Below, in pieces: positions 1-11,336 of a DNA stretch of 64,000 bases. Each line of letters begins with the position of its first letter. The first letter of the stretch is position 1. This stretch comes from Nemertoderma westbladi (Eukaryota > Animalia > Xenacoelomorpha): contig JAUCBJ010007930.1 in assembly GCA_032718475.1 (NCBI GenBank), positions 1-64,000 on the forward strand, in the 5' to 3' direction. The position numbers and the translations under genes were made by a program. The notes under the pieces are model-generated. The model saw only the letters and a list, made by a program, of their open reading frames with translations, was not told the DNA's origin and ran no database searches.

Positions 1-2527
1 TTATCATGTAACAGGATTCGTTTTCGTCGGAGAACTCGTCCGTATAGAATCCTTCCATCTCAGATTGATCAGTGTCGTTCACATCACTGAATTGGACATG
101 TAGTTCGGAATCACTTACCTGATTAGGACTAGTTCGATCGAATTCAGCGTGCAACAAGATATGATGTTTCGCACCACACTTTGCACACCTTATGTCTGAG
201 TAACAGGTTCGCCGTTGATGTCCTTGTCTGAGGCAGTTATAACACAACCGCTTGTCCCACATGACTTCACGCCTCTCAGTTAATGATTTCTTTAGAAATT
301 CATCACACCTATTTAAATGGTGGGTCCCGTCACACAGCGCATATTTCGGTTTGATGTTACTTACCTTATTCTGAGTCACATTGTGTACACTTGCCTTTTC
401 TTCGGGCTTTCTCACCTGATTTCTCTTGGGAGACGTAGGAGGAGTTTTTCTTACCTGTTCTCTCCTGTCATTTGTTCGAGACTTGAATTTACTTACCTGA
501 TCTTTAGGTATTTTATTCACGTAATAAGATCTATCCGTGTCTTTCCCGCTATCTTCTCCTTGAGAAGTCTGGCTTTCGCCGTCGTCTGTATAACACACTG
601 GTGTTACCTTTCTCCTAGAGACGGGTTTTTCACTTACCTTGTTTTCAGGTGTCTTCTCTCTGGACAGTTTCAGGAGCTGTAGTTTCACTTCTCCATCTAG
701 GAATGACATGAGATCAGCCATGGTAGGGTCTCGTCGTTGTTGTTCCATCATATATAACACTTTCTTATCCCAGTGTGTACCTACTCCACCCTTCGGTAAA
801 GTAGAAGCCACTGCTCTAATAACCATAGCATTCTGATACTCCTGAGACTTACCTAGCCAATCTAATTGTCTACAGATCTCCTGAATCTCATCGGAAAACT
901 CGATAATTCCGCTGCTAATAAACTTTCGGGGCGCTACCAACTTTGCATACAAATACCCAGCGATGTTATTCCTATTACCATACCTGATGTTTAGTGTATC
1001 CCAAACTTGTCTTAATCCGTCTGGATGTCCAATAAACTTTAACGCCATTAACTTGGGAGATCCTTCCAAGCACTCGATGAGGTATCTAAGTTTTTCTCCA
1101 TTAGATAGTACAGAGTTCTGTATGTTATCTTTGTAATATTCATTAAAAGGTAACCATTTCATCTCATCTCCATTGAACTTGACGATCTCTCCCACCTTTA
1201 CCGCTTGCCGGGCTTCGGTTCTAGCCATTTGACGCGTAAAACTTTCTTGGGCCATCGTGTTATTTAATATCGAGTTATCGGTATATAAATTTCTCGGATT
1301 ATGATCAGTTCTATATGGAATATCATTATCAACAGGTCTATAATTACCCTTAATAGGGTTCACTATAGGAGTTTCTACTTCACTAGCAGTATAGATGCGT
1401 GTAGGCTCCACACCTTGCGCATGCGATACTTCAGACCTAACGGGTTGACACATTGTTACAGAGGGTGGTGGTATACCCCTTTGAGTATTTACTAATTTAT
1501 CGCGTTCTAGCGCGATACTTTGCTGCACTTCTTGCAACTCGAGCCTACTTTCCCTTACTGTGCCCATGAATTGCTGGACAGTCTCCTGCATCTGCCCGAG
1601 CAGGAGATCCATCCCCCGCCGTCTCTCATCCACCCATTCGACCGCCGAAGCAGGAGTCGCCAACGTTGTAGCGGGCGGACGAGGGACGACGGGCGACAAA
1701 TTATGAATATTTCGCTCGGGGTCCAGGACCTGAACTGTCTCCTGGGCAGTTCTACGGGGCACAGGTAGCTTAGTGCTATGCAGAGGGAATTTAGAGGTAG
1801 TCTCAGGGAGCACAGGTGTGTCTATCACCGAAGGGGTGATTTCAAGAACAGGCCTAATTATTTCAGGCTCATCTACTATAGTAGGGAGTCTTTCTATTTT
1901 AATTATTTGGTCTGTGGGCTCTGTACTACCTAAGTTGGTGTTATTTAGTTGCCTTCTAACAGCTGGAGGCAAATCAGGCAATTTCTGACGGTGGAATGTT
2001 CTTTTACGTCTGCTTAGACGAGATCTATTTCCTTTGCCTTCAGTATCGGTGGTATCGCCTTCCTCAGATGATGTATATCCCTGTCTTTTGGGAGTAGATC
2101 GATTCATCATCTGCATATTACTAGCTGCTAACTGTTTATTTATGCAGTCTTGATTCTCCTGAATGTTTTCCAATTCTAATTGGGTGGTTTCTTCAGTCGC
2201 TCTCCGTTCTGCTTCCGCCACTGCCTTTGCCGCCTTTCTTTCAGCTTCGGCCGCTTTTGCTTCTGCCGCTGCCGCTGCCTCTGCCGCCTTTGCCTCTGCC
2301 GCTGCCTCTGCCGCTGCCGCTTTTCTTTCTGCTTCTGCAGCTACCACTGCTGCTTTCTTTCTGTCTTCTATACGTTTTTTCTTTACTTGCTCCTCCTGGA
2401 CTCGTGTGATGCGGAGTTGTTCATCAAATTTAGCCTGGTTCGCAGCCCTCATTTCCACATCGATGGCATCCAACACAAGCTTGGTTCCTTCACTATTAGG
2501 GCTCCCTTTAACCTTCTCCTCAACTCG
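1..2527 (-). CDS. gag: BEL/Pao gag, main frame (Ala/Glu/Lys helical tract, DUF1759-like core, three zinc knuckles); open to the window edge
   Basis: Read codon by codon: no stop from 2527 to 1. Not in the ORF track because it runs off the end. Core at ~960-1200, knuckles at ~145-345. Confidence 0.9.
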
Positions 2528-3528
2528 TCATCACCTAAAAAACGTTGATAGTCTGACAGATAGATGTCAATGGCATCCCTCTTATGCGGTTTCTCTGCCG
2601 TCGCTTCACTTTCCACTTGGGAAAAAGTAGCGTCTGTTGATTCTCCATGGGTTGAGCGCTCCTCTAGCTGAGCTTTCCACTGAGCTGTTCCTTGAACCTG
2701 GAGACTCACCCGTTGAAACCAAGTCTTTACGGCAACTTGCAACGACGTGTCTTGCCTTCGTTTAGAAGCCTCCTCAAAGGCCGACAATATTAGCCTGATT
2801 CGTAGAATTCTTTCTCTTACTTGATAAAGCAGCTGTCCCTGCTCTTGAGGTCCTTGAGGTTGTTGTAACAGTTGTTTTTCTACTCGCTCCATAGAGCTGA
2901 AGAATCCCTGTGCGTATCCGGCTGCGGACCTCTTCCACACAGCTGGATCTATGGTTTCCTCGGCTACTCCCATCCGGTGTATGTCTTCCCAGGCAGCTTC
3001 GGATAAATCAAACGGGAGTCCGGGTCCGGGAAAGTTCCATTGCGACTCGACCATGGACTTCAGTTCTTCCCTTGTGTATCCAGCATAACTATCTCTAGTT
3101 GAACGCTGGCTTCTCGCCCAATCGATCTGGTGTTCTTCCACAGCGATCAATAACCTAGTGAGTACGGCTGCAGGAAGGATGAGAAGGGGATCTGAATAAG
3201 CCTCATCCGTCATCCTTGCTCCGCGTTCGGGTGTCAGTTCTACCGTATCTTCACTACTGGAGCTGTCGGGCCGCTGAGAAATAAGTTCTTGGCTCGCGGG
3301 TTGTTGCTGTTCCGCTGCTTCTTGGTTCCTCTTGACCTGAGCTCGAGTGCCTATGACAGACCTACGATGTTGGACCAGCCTAGGTTCTTTTATTACTACT
3401 GGAGGGATGACCTTCCTCACAGTGGGAGGTGAACTGAACTTACGACCAGACGGTTCTACGTCTCTATCTGAGTCGCAGATAGTTACATCTAATAAACTGT
3501 CTGACAGGTTCTGCTTAGTATCAGACAT
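2449..3528 (-). CDS. N-terminal part of the gag ORF (359 aa), out of frame with the rest
   Basis: ATG-initiated ORF directly upstream of, and overlapping by ~80 nt, the downstream gag frame (-1 relative). Confidence 0.7.
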   Translation of the reverse strand: MSDTKQNLSDSLLDVTICDSDRDVEPSGRKFSSPPTVRKVIPPVVIKEPRLVQHRRSVIGTRAQVKRNQEAAEQQQPASQELISQRPDSSSSEDTVELTPERGARMTDEAYSDPLLILPAAVLTRLLIAVEEHQIDWARSQRSTRDSYAGYTREELKSMVESQWNFPGPGLPFDLSEAAWEDIHRMGVAEETIDPAVWKRSAAGYAQGFFSSMERVEKQLLQQPQGPQEQGQLLYQVRERILRIRLILSAFEEASKRRQDTSLQVAVKTWFQRVSLQVQGTAQWKAQLEERSTHGESTDATFSQVESEATAEKPHKRDAIDIYLSDYQRFLGDDELRRRLKGALIVKEPSLCWMPSMWK

Positions 3529-4849
3529 GTCTATGTATACCGTTGAATGTCTACTGCTGTATTACAGTCTGAGCAAGTCTAGTAACTCAGTATTAACTGC
3601 TAGCCTAGTAATTAATTACCGATACTGCTACTCAGTGTAGTAGGATATATATATAATATATTAGAAAACCGGTATGCTTATAGTATATATAACTATAAAA
3701 GTATTATTACAGACTAGGTTTATCACAGAATACCGGTATAATTTTAGCACAGATATATAGAAATATATAATAGGCCTATCGTGAATACCGGTATGCAGCT
3801 TACAGTTTGTAGTATATATAATTCTGGACTAGAATTAATTACAAGTACCGGTATAATTTCAGCCTAAATTTATAGAAATAAAGATAATAGGCCTATCGTA
3901 AATACCGGTATATCAATTATTTTAAATAATTGAATTTCTGAATTTTAGGGTTACTTGGTTACTTTACTTACTTTATTACCGCTATTTGAGCAGTAGACCA
4001 ACTGATATTGAGACCTAATTGTTGTATGGCAGGCCTACTATTTATAAATCGTTTGAGTTGATTTATAATATATATATATACCCGTTTAATGGGTTTTGTC
4101 AATGTTGAAATAAATGTTATTATTTCTGGGGAGTAATCACTACACAAAGCGGTGCGCTTTCAGTGAAGTGTTACTTATAGGACACTAAAACAAATAATGC
4201 TAATTTACCTAAGTTACTTAATACTACAGATTACGTACAATTCGGGTGAGATTACAATCTCTAAATAAACACAAAATTTTACAAAAACACAAAATACGAA
4301 TTTTCAGGGTAATTTTACAAGAAGTCTACAAACCAGCTTAACAAAGGGTTAGAAAACTGGTTATTACAACAGACAGGGTACTGCGGTTATTTGAAAATAA
4401 TACGTAGTAGTAAATACACTGCGTTGTCCAGATAGGAAAATACCACCGCCTGACGACCTATAGCCGTATCGCTACAGGTACTACGTTATGTATCACGGAG
4501 TGTTCCTACCTAGAAGTTAATAGAGCTAATCGAACGTGCCTATCAACTACTTTACAACACAAATATAATGCCTACACTAATTACTTTCGGAAAGCACTGT
4601 ACACTAAACCCTAAATTAGGTACGAGTACTTGTACAACATATAATCAGTAGTTAAATATACTTGAACAGCTAAAATAACCACGGCATCTGCTGGAGTGAC
4701 CGATGCACAAAATCACCAGTCTTTACCTACGCCAAGCAGCCCGTGTAGTACCGGGGTCAATTTAACTATAGCGGTATGTATAACAAACACAATTACTGTA
4801 GGAACAAACTTGGGGAATGAATGTTGCGAATAATCGCATAAACTCTGAA

Positions 4850-5425
4850 TAATAAATATTACGCTACGCGTACAAACCACTCAAACAAAATGCAGACCAA
4901 ACACTGACAGACTACTATCAAGCCTAAATAAACTACAGGACATGCAGACTCCGAAATGATTAGGTAGTATGCGTTCTAACCCAGTAGTACGACTTATTCT
5001 TTAGTTGGGGGTTTACCTTACAGCATTCGCTGCCCCTACTTCCTAACCGTTCTTTATCGGACAAGTGATCTACACACACTGCAATCCGTTCAGACCTAAT
5101 AACAGCCAGACAACTATCCAGCCTACAAATTATCTAAATAAATATTATACGCTACCCGTACAGACTTACACAAACAAAGTACAGACTAAACGATGGCAGA
5201 CTACTCTCAAGCCTAAATAAACTACAGGACATGCAGACTCCGAAATGATTAGGTAGTATGCGTTCTAACCCAGTAGTACGACTTATTCTTTAGTTGGGGG
5301 TTTATCTTACAGCATTCGCTGCCCCTACTTCCTAACCGTTCTTTATCGGACAGGTGATCTACACACACTGCAATCCATTCAGACTTAACAGCAATCAGAC
5401 AACAGCTCAACCTACAAATTATCTG
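4850..5425. repeat. 289-bp tandem duplication in the retroelement leader
   Basis: catgcagactccgaaatgattagg... occurs at ~4941 and ~5230. The ~180-bp cores are almost identical while the flanks are more diverged. Confidence 0.95.
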
Positions 5426-5598
5426 TACAATCTGATCAGGCTTACACGCCTTCTGTTCAATACTGGCCTACAAATAAATAAAACTGACAGAAATAGGCCT
5501 AAGTAAAATCCCAATAAAAACCAGGCGTCCCCGATTAATTATTAAGACCTACCGGCATATAGTAATCAAATCGAATAATACTGCTGTACCTGTACTGT

Positions 5599-5712
5599 AA
5601 GTACCGGTTCGGACAGTTGGGCCTACGGACGTACAGAAGTACCGGCTCTGGCAGTTGGACCTACGGGCCTACAGCAGTACCGGTTCTGGCAGTTGGGCCT
5701 ACTGACCTACAG
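5599..5712. repeat. 38-bp tandem repeat x3 in the leader
   Basis: agtaccggttctggcagttgggcctac... three imperfect copies. Confidence 0.85.
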
Positions 5713-6500
5713 ATACACCGTTCAGGTTTACCGGTTGACCGGTACTTTCAACTTTATTGCTTAGTGCAATAAAGAAGCTATATCCGTTATTGTTCTTACC
5801 AGAACAATATTAAACTGTATTTAATGCCTACCCTGCAATACAGACTATATATCCGTTATTGTTCGCGCTTTCAGACCTTTGGCAGTTTAACCCGCCAAAT
5901 TATGATGTCTTCTAGATAATAAATCACTTTTAGTCTATGACAAGTATTTAATTCACTACACTAGTCGAAACCAATCTGTGCGCGATCATTCACCCGCTGG
6001 ATATACCCGGGAGATTGGGTTCGACGGCTTAATCTTATTGCTATGTAAGCCTAATGTATTATTCGACTGACAGTATTATATATTATTTCTGACAATATTA
6101 TTCACCTTCGGGGAATATTAACAGTTCCTTTAGGACGTGGCGCTTTATCTATACAAACAGAGTTATGACTTAAACTACTCACAACGATATGGCTTAGTTA
6201 TAAGTCACATATATGGCGCATTCTTTAGGAAATGCTTCGTTATCAGTCTCACTCATACACAATGCTGCACAATACTGCACACTGATCTGCCGATCTTCAC
6301 TGATTTTAGTTATATATAAAAGGAACACGGACCGACTCATGTAGGGTCTATCAAATAACATTAGATTCACTTCAAACCACTTTAACATAAGTCACAATCG
6401 TTATATGTAACCTTTCTCTCTTACCTTCGGTATATCAAGAATATTGGGTTTCGGGGTTATTTATCGTTATTCCAAATATAATAATTCATCAACCATATTA

Positions 6501-7053
6501 TGAAGAACTGACAGTAAATAGCAGTATAACAATATAAAATTATGCACAGTGATTCAGTGTGCGTTAAGTTCATTAGTTTGAGATTAAGTGTTGGTTTGTT
6601 GATAACCAGTTTGATAACCAGTTTGATAACGGATATATGCCCTTTATAATTAAGCCTACTAGTGTTAGACTAAAACAGAAAAGCACAAAATATTTACAAG
6701 CCGTTCTCTCCTGGCTCAGGAAAGAAAGACCAACAACACTGAAAACTGAAAAGAATAACCTTATTTACAAAGGCTTCCACCCAACACAGAGAAAGAGCAT
6801 ACAGATAGGAAAATTCAGTTCAGTAGATCTGTGATAGGTCGAAATCAAAATCAACTCAAATCCTATTGGCAGATACTTTCCCAAGCTGGTTGGACAATCA
6901 AACGTAGCCCAGATCCCTTCGCACAGCGAATCAGCCAATCAGCCGGTAGCTTGCGCTATTCGAATTATAGATCCCCTTTTTAGAGTATTCTAGCGACTGG
7001 GGGGAACTGGTTAGCAAGGCAAACGAATCAGTTATCCCACAAAAGCTTTTACA
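6501..7053 (-). repeat. Putative 5' LTR
   Basis: Minus strand reads TGTAAAAGC...GTTCTTCA, followed after 5 nt by TGGTT (PBS-like start). Contains a 12-bp repeat tttgataaccag x~3. No second LTR is in the window, and I could not assign the PBS to a tRNA. Confidence 0.35.
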
Positions 7054-7724
7054 GTACTGGTACTGGTACATTAGAACATTACCATAATAAAATGCATTTT
7101 AACAACGATTTTTCCTCCATGTATTGGAGTAAACGGGTCTTTAAATTGGAGTTCGAATGAAAAATATTATTGCGGAGCATCTGAAGTAAAATAAAGTATA
7201 AATTAACGTTGTTTGCGAATTCCATATTATTTATTTTCAAATGTAGTGCTGTTCGTCTGAAGATCTGTTTACATTACACGTTCGTGGGGCGTCGCTCAGC
7301 ACGCGAACTTGAGCAAGTTCGAAACAAGTTCGAAACAAGTTCGATTTGATCTGGAGTCAATCATCACATGATTGTTGATTACTATACAAATTAGTGAATA
7401 ATAACGAGGTTCATAATTTATTGTATTCATACACATTTATTCAGTATAAATAAGGCACAAATGTGGATTGCAATTACTAAAATATAATAATTAGGTATTA
7501 AATAAGTATTAAATAAGTATTAAATAAGTATTATAGAGTAATCGTTAGTGCCTCTGGCGACTTTCCGTTGCTTTATATTGCTTTAAACAATTAGAATAAT
7601 TAGATCTAATTAAACGTAATCATTCCCATAGCTTCCTATTAATTAGTTTAATCCCGTGAATCATTTTCTTAAATCAGTTTCTTTGCTTCTTATTATTATT
7701 TTAGCTTAATGATATGCATTTCTT

Positions 7725-10700
7725 TCACTCGTTTCCTTCTATGTCCGTCAACTCATCCTCTACAATAGAACATTCTAGAACATCATTGCAGTCTGTCTTA
7801 TTAGCGATAAAGTTGTGTCGTTTTATCGCGCGGGGTGAATATATTTCGTTATCTTCGTTGCCGACAGGGGGTTCGGATTGGAACCGGACGGGTACTGCCT
7901 GCAGTCGTCCCGGCAACGAACCATGACTATCGGAACGACACGCTTCCTCGGTGCGAGAGAAGTCGTCGTCTGTATCGCCGAAAATTTCTTGAAGTTCGTC
8001 AGTTGATCCGTTGTAGACAGTGTGTGATTGGCTGTCAATCATCTCAGTCTTGTTTGAAGGTTGTCCAGTATAAGTATCGTTACTGACAGTAGACTGATTG
8101 TCATGATGTTCCACATAATGTCTTTTATCTCTGGCAGAGGATCTATTCTCCGTAATTTGTCCAGAATATCTTTTATCACCGACAGTAGATGGGCTGTCCA
8201 CCATTTGTCCAGAATATTTTTTATCACTAATAGTAGATGGTCTGTCCGTAATTTGTCCAGAATATATTTTATCACCGACAGTAGATGGGCTGTCCGCAAT
8301 TTGTCCAGAATATCTTTTATCACCGACAGTAGAAGGGCTGTCCGCCATTTGTCCAGAATATCTTTTATCACCGACAGTAGATGGGCTGTCCGCCATTTGT
8401 CCAGAATATATTTTATCACTAATAGTGGATGGTCTGTCCGCAATTTGTCCAGAATATCTTTTATCACCGACAGTAGATGGGCTGTCCGCCATTTGTCCAG
8501 AATATCTTTTATCACTAATAGTAGATGGTCTGTCCACAATTTGTCCAGAATATATTTTATCACTAATAGTAGATGGTCTGTCCACAATTTGTCCAGAATT
8601 TATTTCATCACTAATAGTAGATGGTCTGTCCGCAATTTGTCCAGAATATCTTTTATCACCGACAGTAGATGGCCTGTCCGCCATTTGTCCAGAATATATT
8701 TTATTACTAATAGTATATGGTGTGTCCGCAATTTGTCCAGAATATCTTTTATCACCGACAATAGATGGGCTGCCCGCCATTTGTCCAGAATATCTTTTAT
8801 CAATAATAGTAGATGGTCTGTCCGCAATTTGTCCAGAATATCTTTTATCACCGACAGTAGATGGGCTGTCCGCAATTTGTCTAGAATATATTTTAACATT
8901 GGAAGTGGATCTACTGTCCGAACTTTGAGCAGAATATCCTGTATCACTTAGAGTAGATGGACTAGCAGCAAAATGTGCAGAATTTGTATTGTTACTAGCA
9001 GCAGCACGGTTCTCACTGAGTTGTTCAGGGGCTCTTTTGTTATTGACAGTAGACCGGTTATCCGTCTGTTGTCCAGAATATGTATCGTTACTGGAATTGT
9101 GCGGGAAGGTAGGAGAATTTCCAGAAATATAATTATCACAAAGTTCATTATCATCCTTTAGTTGCCTAGCAATGCAGTTTGCCGAAGGTCGGCTGTCAGT
9201 AAATAGTCCAGAATGCGAATTATTAGTGCCGTGAAGCTGTTTGTCTTTAAATTGCCCATTATTTTGATTATCACTGACATTAGGCGGTCCATTCAACATA
9301 CGATGTCCAGAATTATTTTTGATAATAATGTCATTTAACCGGGTTGTGATGTCCGCAGTTTGCCTGGAGTTTCTATTTTTTTCTAGAACATTCCGAATGT
9401 CGGTTTGTGGGCTCGACAAACTGGTCAAGTGATTTAGTTCCTCATATTTGTCGGAAGTTAAGTTTGGGAGATCGTTGACCGACTTGGATTTGGAATGCTT
9501 GTCGAAAATCAACATAACTTTGTCCATCAGTTGACTCTCTGTGAAACAGAGGTTGAGGTCAGACAGACTGGTACTCATTGGATTATCGTTATTATCTGTA
9601 GACCTATCCTCACCATGGTCAGTGTTCTTCGATTCATTTGGCTTTGTGTCTACGGCACTGGAACCTTCACTGATACTTACAGATCGATCCGCATCTATAT
9701 CAACATGAGTACCACTCCATCTATTACCCAAATTCGAACACGGTCTATCTGTAGTTGATTTTTCTGGTGGGGGTAATGCGAGAGGTTTTTGCTGCCTACT
9801 TTTTCGATGCTCTATATTATCTGATATCCTCCCACTATTAGGTATTTTATAACCACCGTTAGTGTCTGACATTACAGTTTCACTCTGTCGCATTCTTAGA
9901 ACACGCCCATCGTCTGTCAACGCACTACCAGTGTGCAACGAACCAATTCCGTCGTTACTTAAAATCATTTTGAGAATGTCGTTTTTCACGTAGTGAATTC
10001 TATTGACGACTTGCGTGTTGTTTTGTTCAGACACGTCGTTGTAACAGATTTTCAGTTCATCCATTACGGCATCAATGTCAGCTATAAACTCAGCGTCATT
10101 CACTCCCCGTAGTAAAACATCAGCCCTGGCCCGAAGTTTCTGAAGATACATGAGTTTCTTTTGCAAAGGGTTTATTTTCTCTTCGATATCGTGTGCGACG
10201 TTGTTATAGTTCCCTTCCAACTTATCGATTAGAGACTCCGCATTTTGCATCACCATCTTAACAAATTTATCAGCCGCTATGGAAACCTCCTTCTCTATAA
10301 ACTGACAGTTCTTTTTGAGACTACGAATCGTGTTACTATAGGAACTGATTTGATGCTTTAGATCTTCCATTTTACAGGTTAAGGTTTGTAGATGGCTGTT
10401 TAGGTTCACCTTGTAGGTATTCACGGTTTCCGATAATGGACGGTAGGGGTGTCCGTTGTGTTCCTCTAACAGACAGTCTACACACATCGGTGTCTGGCAG
10501 ATATCACAGTAGAGTTTAAATGATTCGTAACTATGTTTATCGCATAAGGAGGTGCTTCTTATATCTCTGCCTAACTGGTTGTTGGCGCCGGTTCTATTAG
10601 TAATGGCTGGAGATTTAAATGTAACTCTCCTGTCTGTTCGACTCGGTCTGTCTCCAGATTCATTCATCCCTCTAGCGGCAGTAACGCGCATTTCGTCTGC

Positions 10701-11336
10701 TCTATGCCTCGGCGGTATTATAGCAACCCGTCGTTCACTCGTATACTCTTCGTTAATCATCAACGATACCCCGTCGTTGTTCCAGTTCACTAATTCGCCG
10801 TATCGCGATGCGTCGTCGGCCTTACTACCTGGCTCCTCCGCTTCGGATAAATCGACATGTTTATCCGGGACTTTTTGCCGTCCGGTGACGTCACGCCCGG
10901 TTCGAGACAACCTCATCGTCGTAAAAGATTTACTATTCGATTTGTTCGAAGACTCTGGAGTTTCTTCATCGTTTATTCGTCTGGATTCATTACCTTTCGC
11001 TTTGTAATTCATCTTTTTATCGACTAACTTACGCTCTATTTGAGTTTTCTGTAAACTCTCAGAGAATTCTTTGTAAGTCACTTCTTTATCTTTCTCCGAT
11101 ACTTTGTTTGATTTTATAGCAGCTGGTATCTCAACTCTCCTCGCTATTTCTTCAACACCGTGTGAATTCTTGCAGAACAAACAGTTTACTGTTTGTCTGT
11201 CGCTATCATCATATGAGAAGGTAAAATTTTTCAGGCAATCTCTACACAAAGTGTTTCCACATGGAAGGTGATCCATTATACTGTCGCTATCGTCACAAAT
11301 TCCACATTCCTCAGTTTGAATCAATTTTGATGCCAT
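7725..11336 (-). CDS. TRIM/RBCC protein (RING, B-box2, coiled coil) with long disordered repeat tail, ~1203 aa, intronless
   Basis: RING CGIC..PCGNTLCRDC..CLFC, B-box CDKH..LYCDICQTPMCVDC..EHNGH, then a heptad helical region. ATG at 11336 (MASKL) preferred over the ORF-track start. Confidence 0.88.
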   Translation of the reverse strand: MASKLIQTEECGICDDSDSIMDHLPCGNTLCRDCLKNFTFSYDDSDRQTVNCLFCKNSHGVEEIARRVEIPAAIKSNKVSEKDKEVTYKEFSESLQKTQIERKLVDKKMNYKAKGNESRRINDEETPESSNKSNSKSFTTMRLSRTGRDVTGRQKVPDKHVDLSEAEEPGSKADDASRYGELVNWNNDGVSLMINEEYTSERRVAIIPPRHRADEMRVTAARGMNESGDRPSRTDRRVTFKSPAITNRTGANNQLGRDIRSTSLCDKHSYESFKLYCDICQTPMCVDCLLEEHNGHPYRPLSETVNTYKVNLNSHLQTLTCKMEDLKHQISSYSNTIRSLKKNCQFIEKEVSIAADKFVKMVMQNAESLIDKLEGNYNNVAHDIEEKINPLQKKLMYLQKLRARADVLLRGVNDAEFIADIDAVMDELKICYNDVSEQNNTQVVNRIHYVKNDILKMILSNDGIGSLHTGSALTDDGRVLRMRQSETVMSDTNGGYKIPNSGRISDNIEHRKSRQQKPLALPPPEKSTTDRPCSNLGNRWSGTHVDIDADRSVSISEGSSAVDTKPNESKNTDHGEDRSTDNNDNPMSTSLSDLNLCFTESQLMDKVMLIFDKHSKSKSVNDLPNLTSDKYEELNHLTSLSSPQTDIRNVLEKNRNSRQTADITTRLNDIIIKNNSGHRMLNGPPNVSDNQNNGQFKDKQLHGTNNSHSGLFTDSRPSANCIARQLKDDNELCDNYISGNSPTFPHNSSNDTYSGQQTDNRSTVNNKRAPEQLSENRAAASNNTNSAHFAASPSTLSDTGYSAQSSDSRSTSNVKIYSRQIADSPSTVGDKRYSGQIADRPSTIIDKRYSGQMAGSPSIVGDKRYSGQIADTPYTISNKIYSGQMADRPSTVGDKRYSGQIADRPSTISDEINSGQIVDRPSTISDKIYSGQIVDRPSTISDKRYSGQMADSPSTVGDKRYSGQIADRPSTISDKIYSGQMADSPSTVGDKRYSGQMADSPSTVGDKRYSGQIADSPSTVGDKIYSGQITDRPSTISDKKYSGQMVDSPSTVGDKRYSGQITENRSSARDKRHYVEHHDNQSTVSNDTYTGQPSNKTEMIDSQSHTVYNGSTDELQEIFGDTDDDFSRTEEACRSDSHGSLPGRLQAVPVRFQSEPPVGNEDNEIYSPRAIKRHNFIANKTDCNDVLECSIVEDELTDIEGNE
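8121..8888 (-). repeat. Coding 48-bp tandem repeat x16 (YSGQ[IM]AD[RS]PST[IV][SG]DK[RI])
   Basis: 16 units counted in the translation, with degenerate units on both sides. Confidence 0.95.

Larger units (their letters stand above)
1..7053 (-). mobile_element. BEL/Pao-family LTR retrotransposon, 5' portion (putative LTR, long leader, gag); pol lies outside the window
   Basis: My minus-strand translation shows a DUF1759-like gag core (KFNGDEMKWLPF...LSNGEKLRYLIECLEG...WDTLNIRYG) and the BEL/Pao triple zinc knuckle (YALCDGTHHLNRC, CYNCLRQGHQRRTC, CAKCGAKHHILLH). The right boundary is tentative. Confidence 0.9.

Noticed and set aside
2163-2630. Plus-strand Ala-, Cys- and Pro-rich ORFs
   Set aside because: Antisense shadows of the gag Ala-rich tract.
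8039-8951. Alternative-frame and antisense ORFs over the 48-bp repeat
   Set aside because: Shadows of the TRIM coding repeat.
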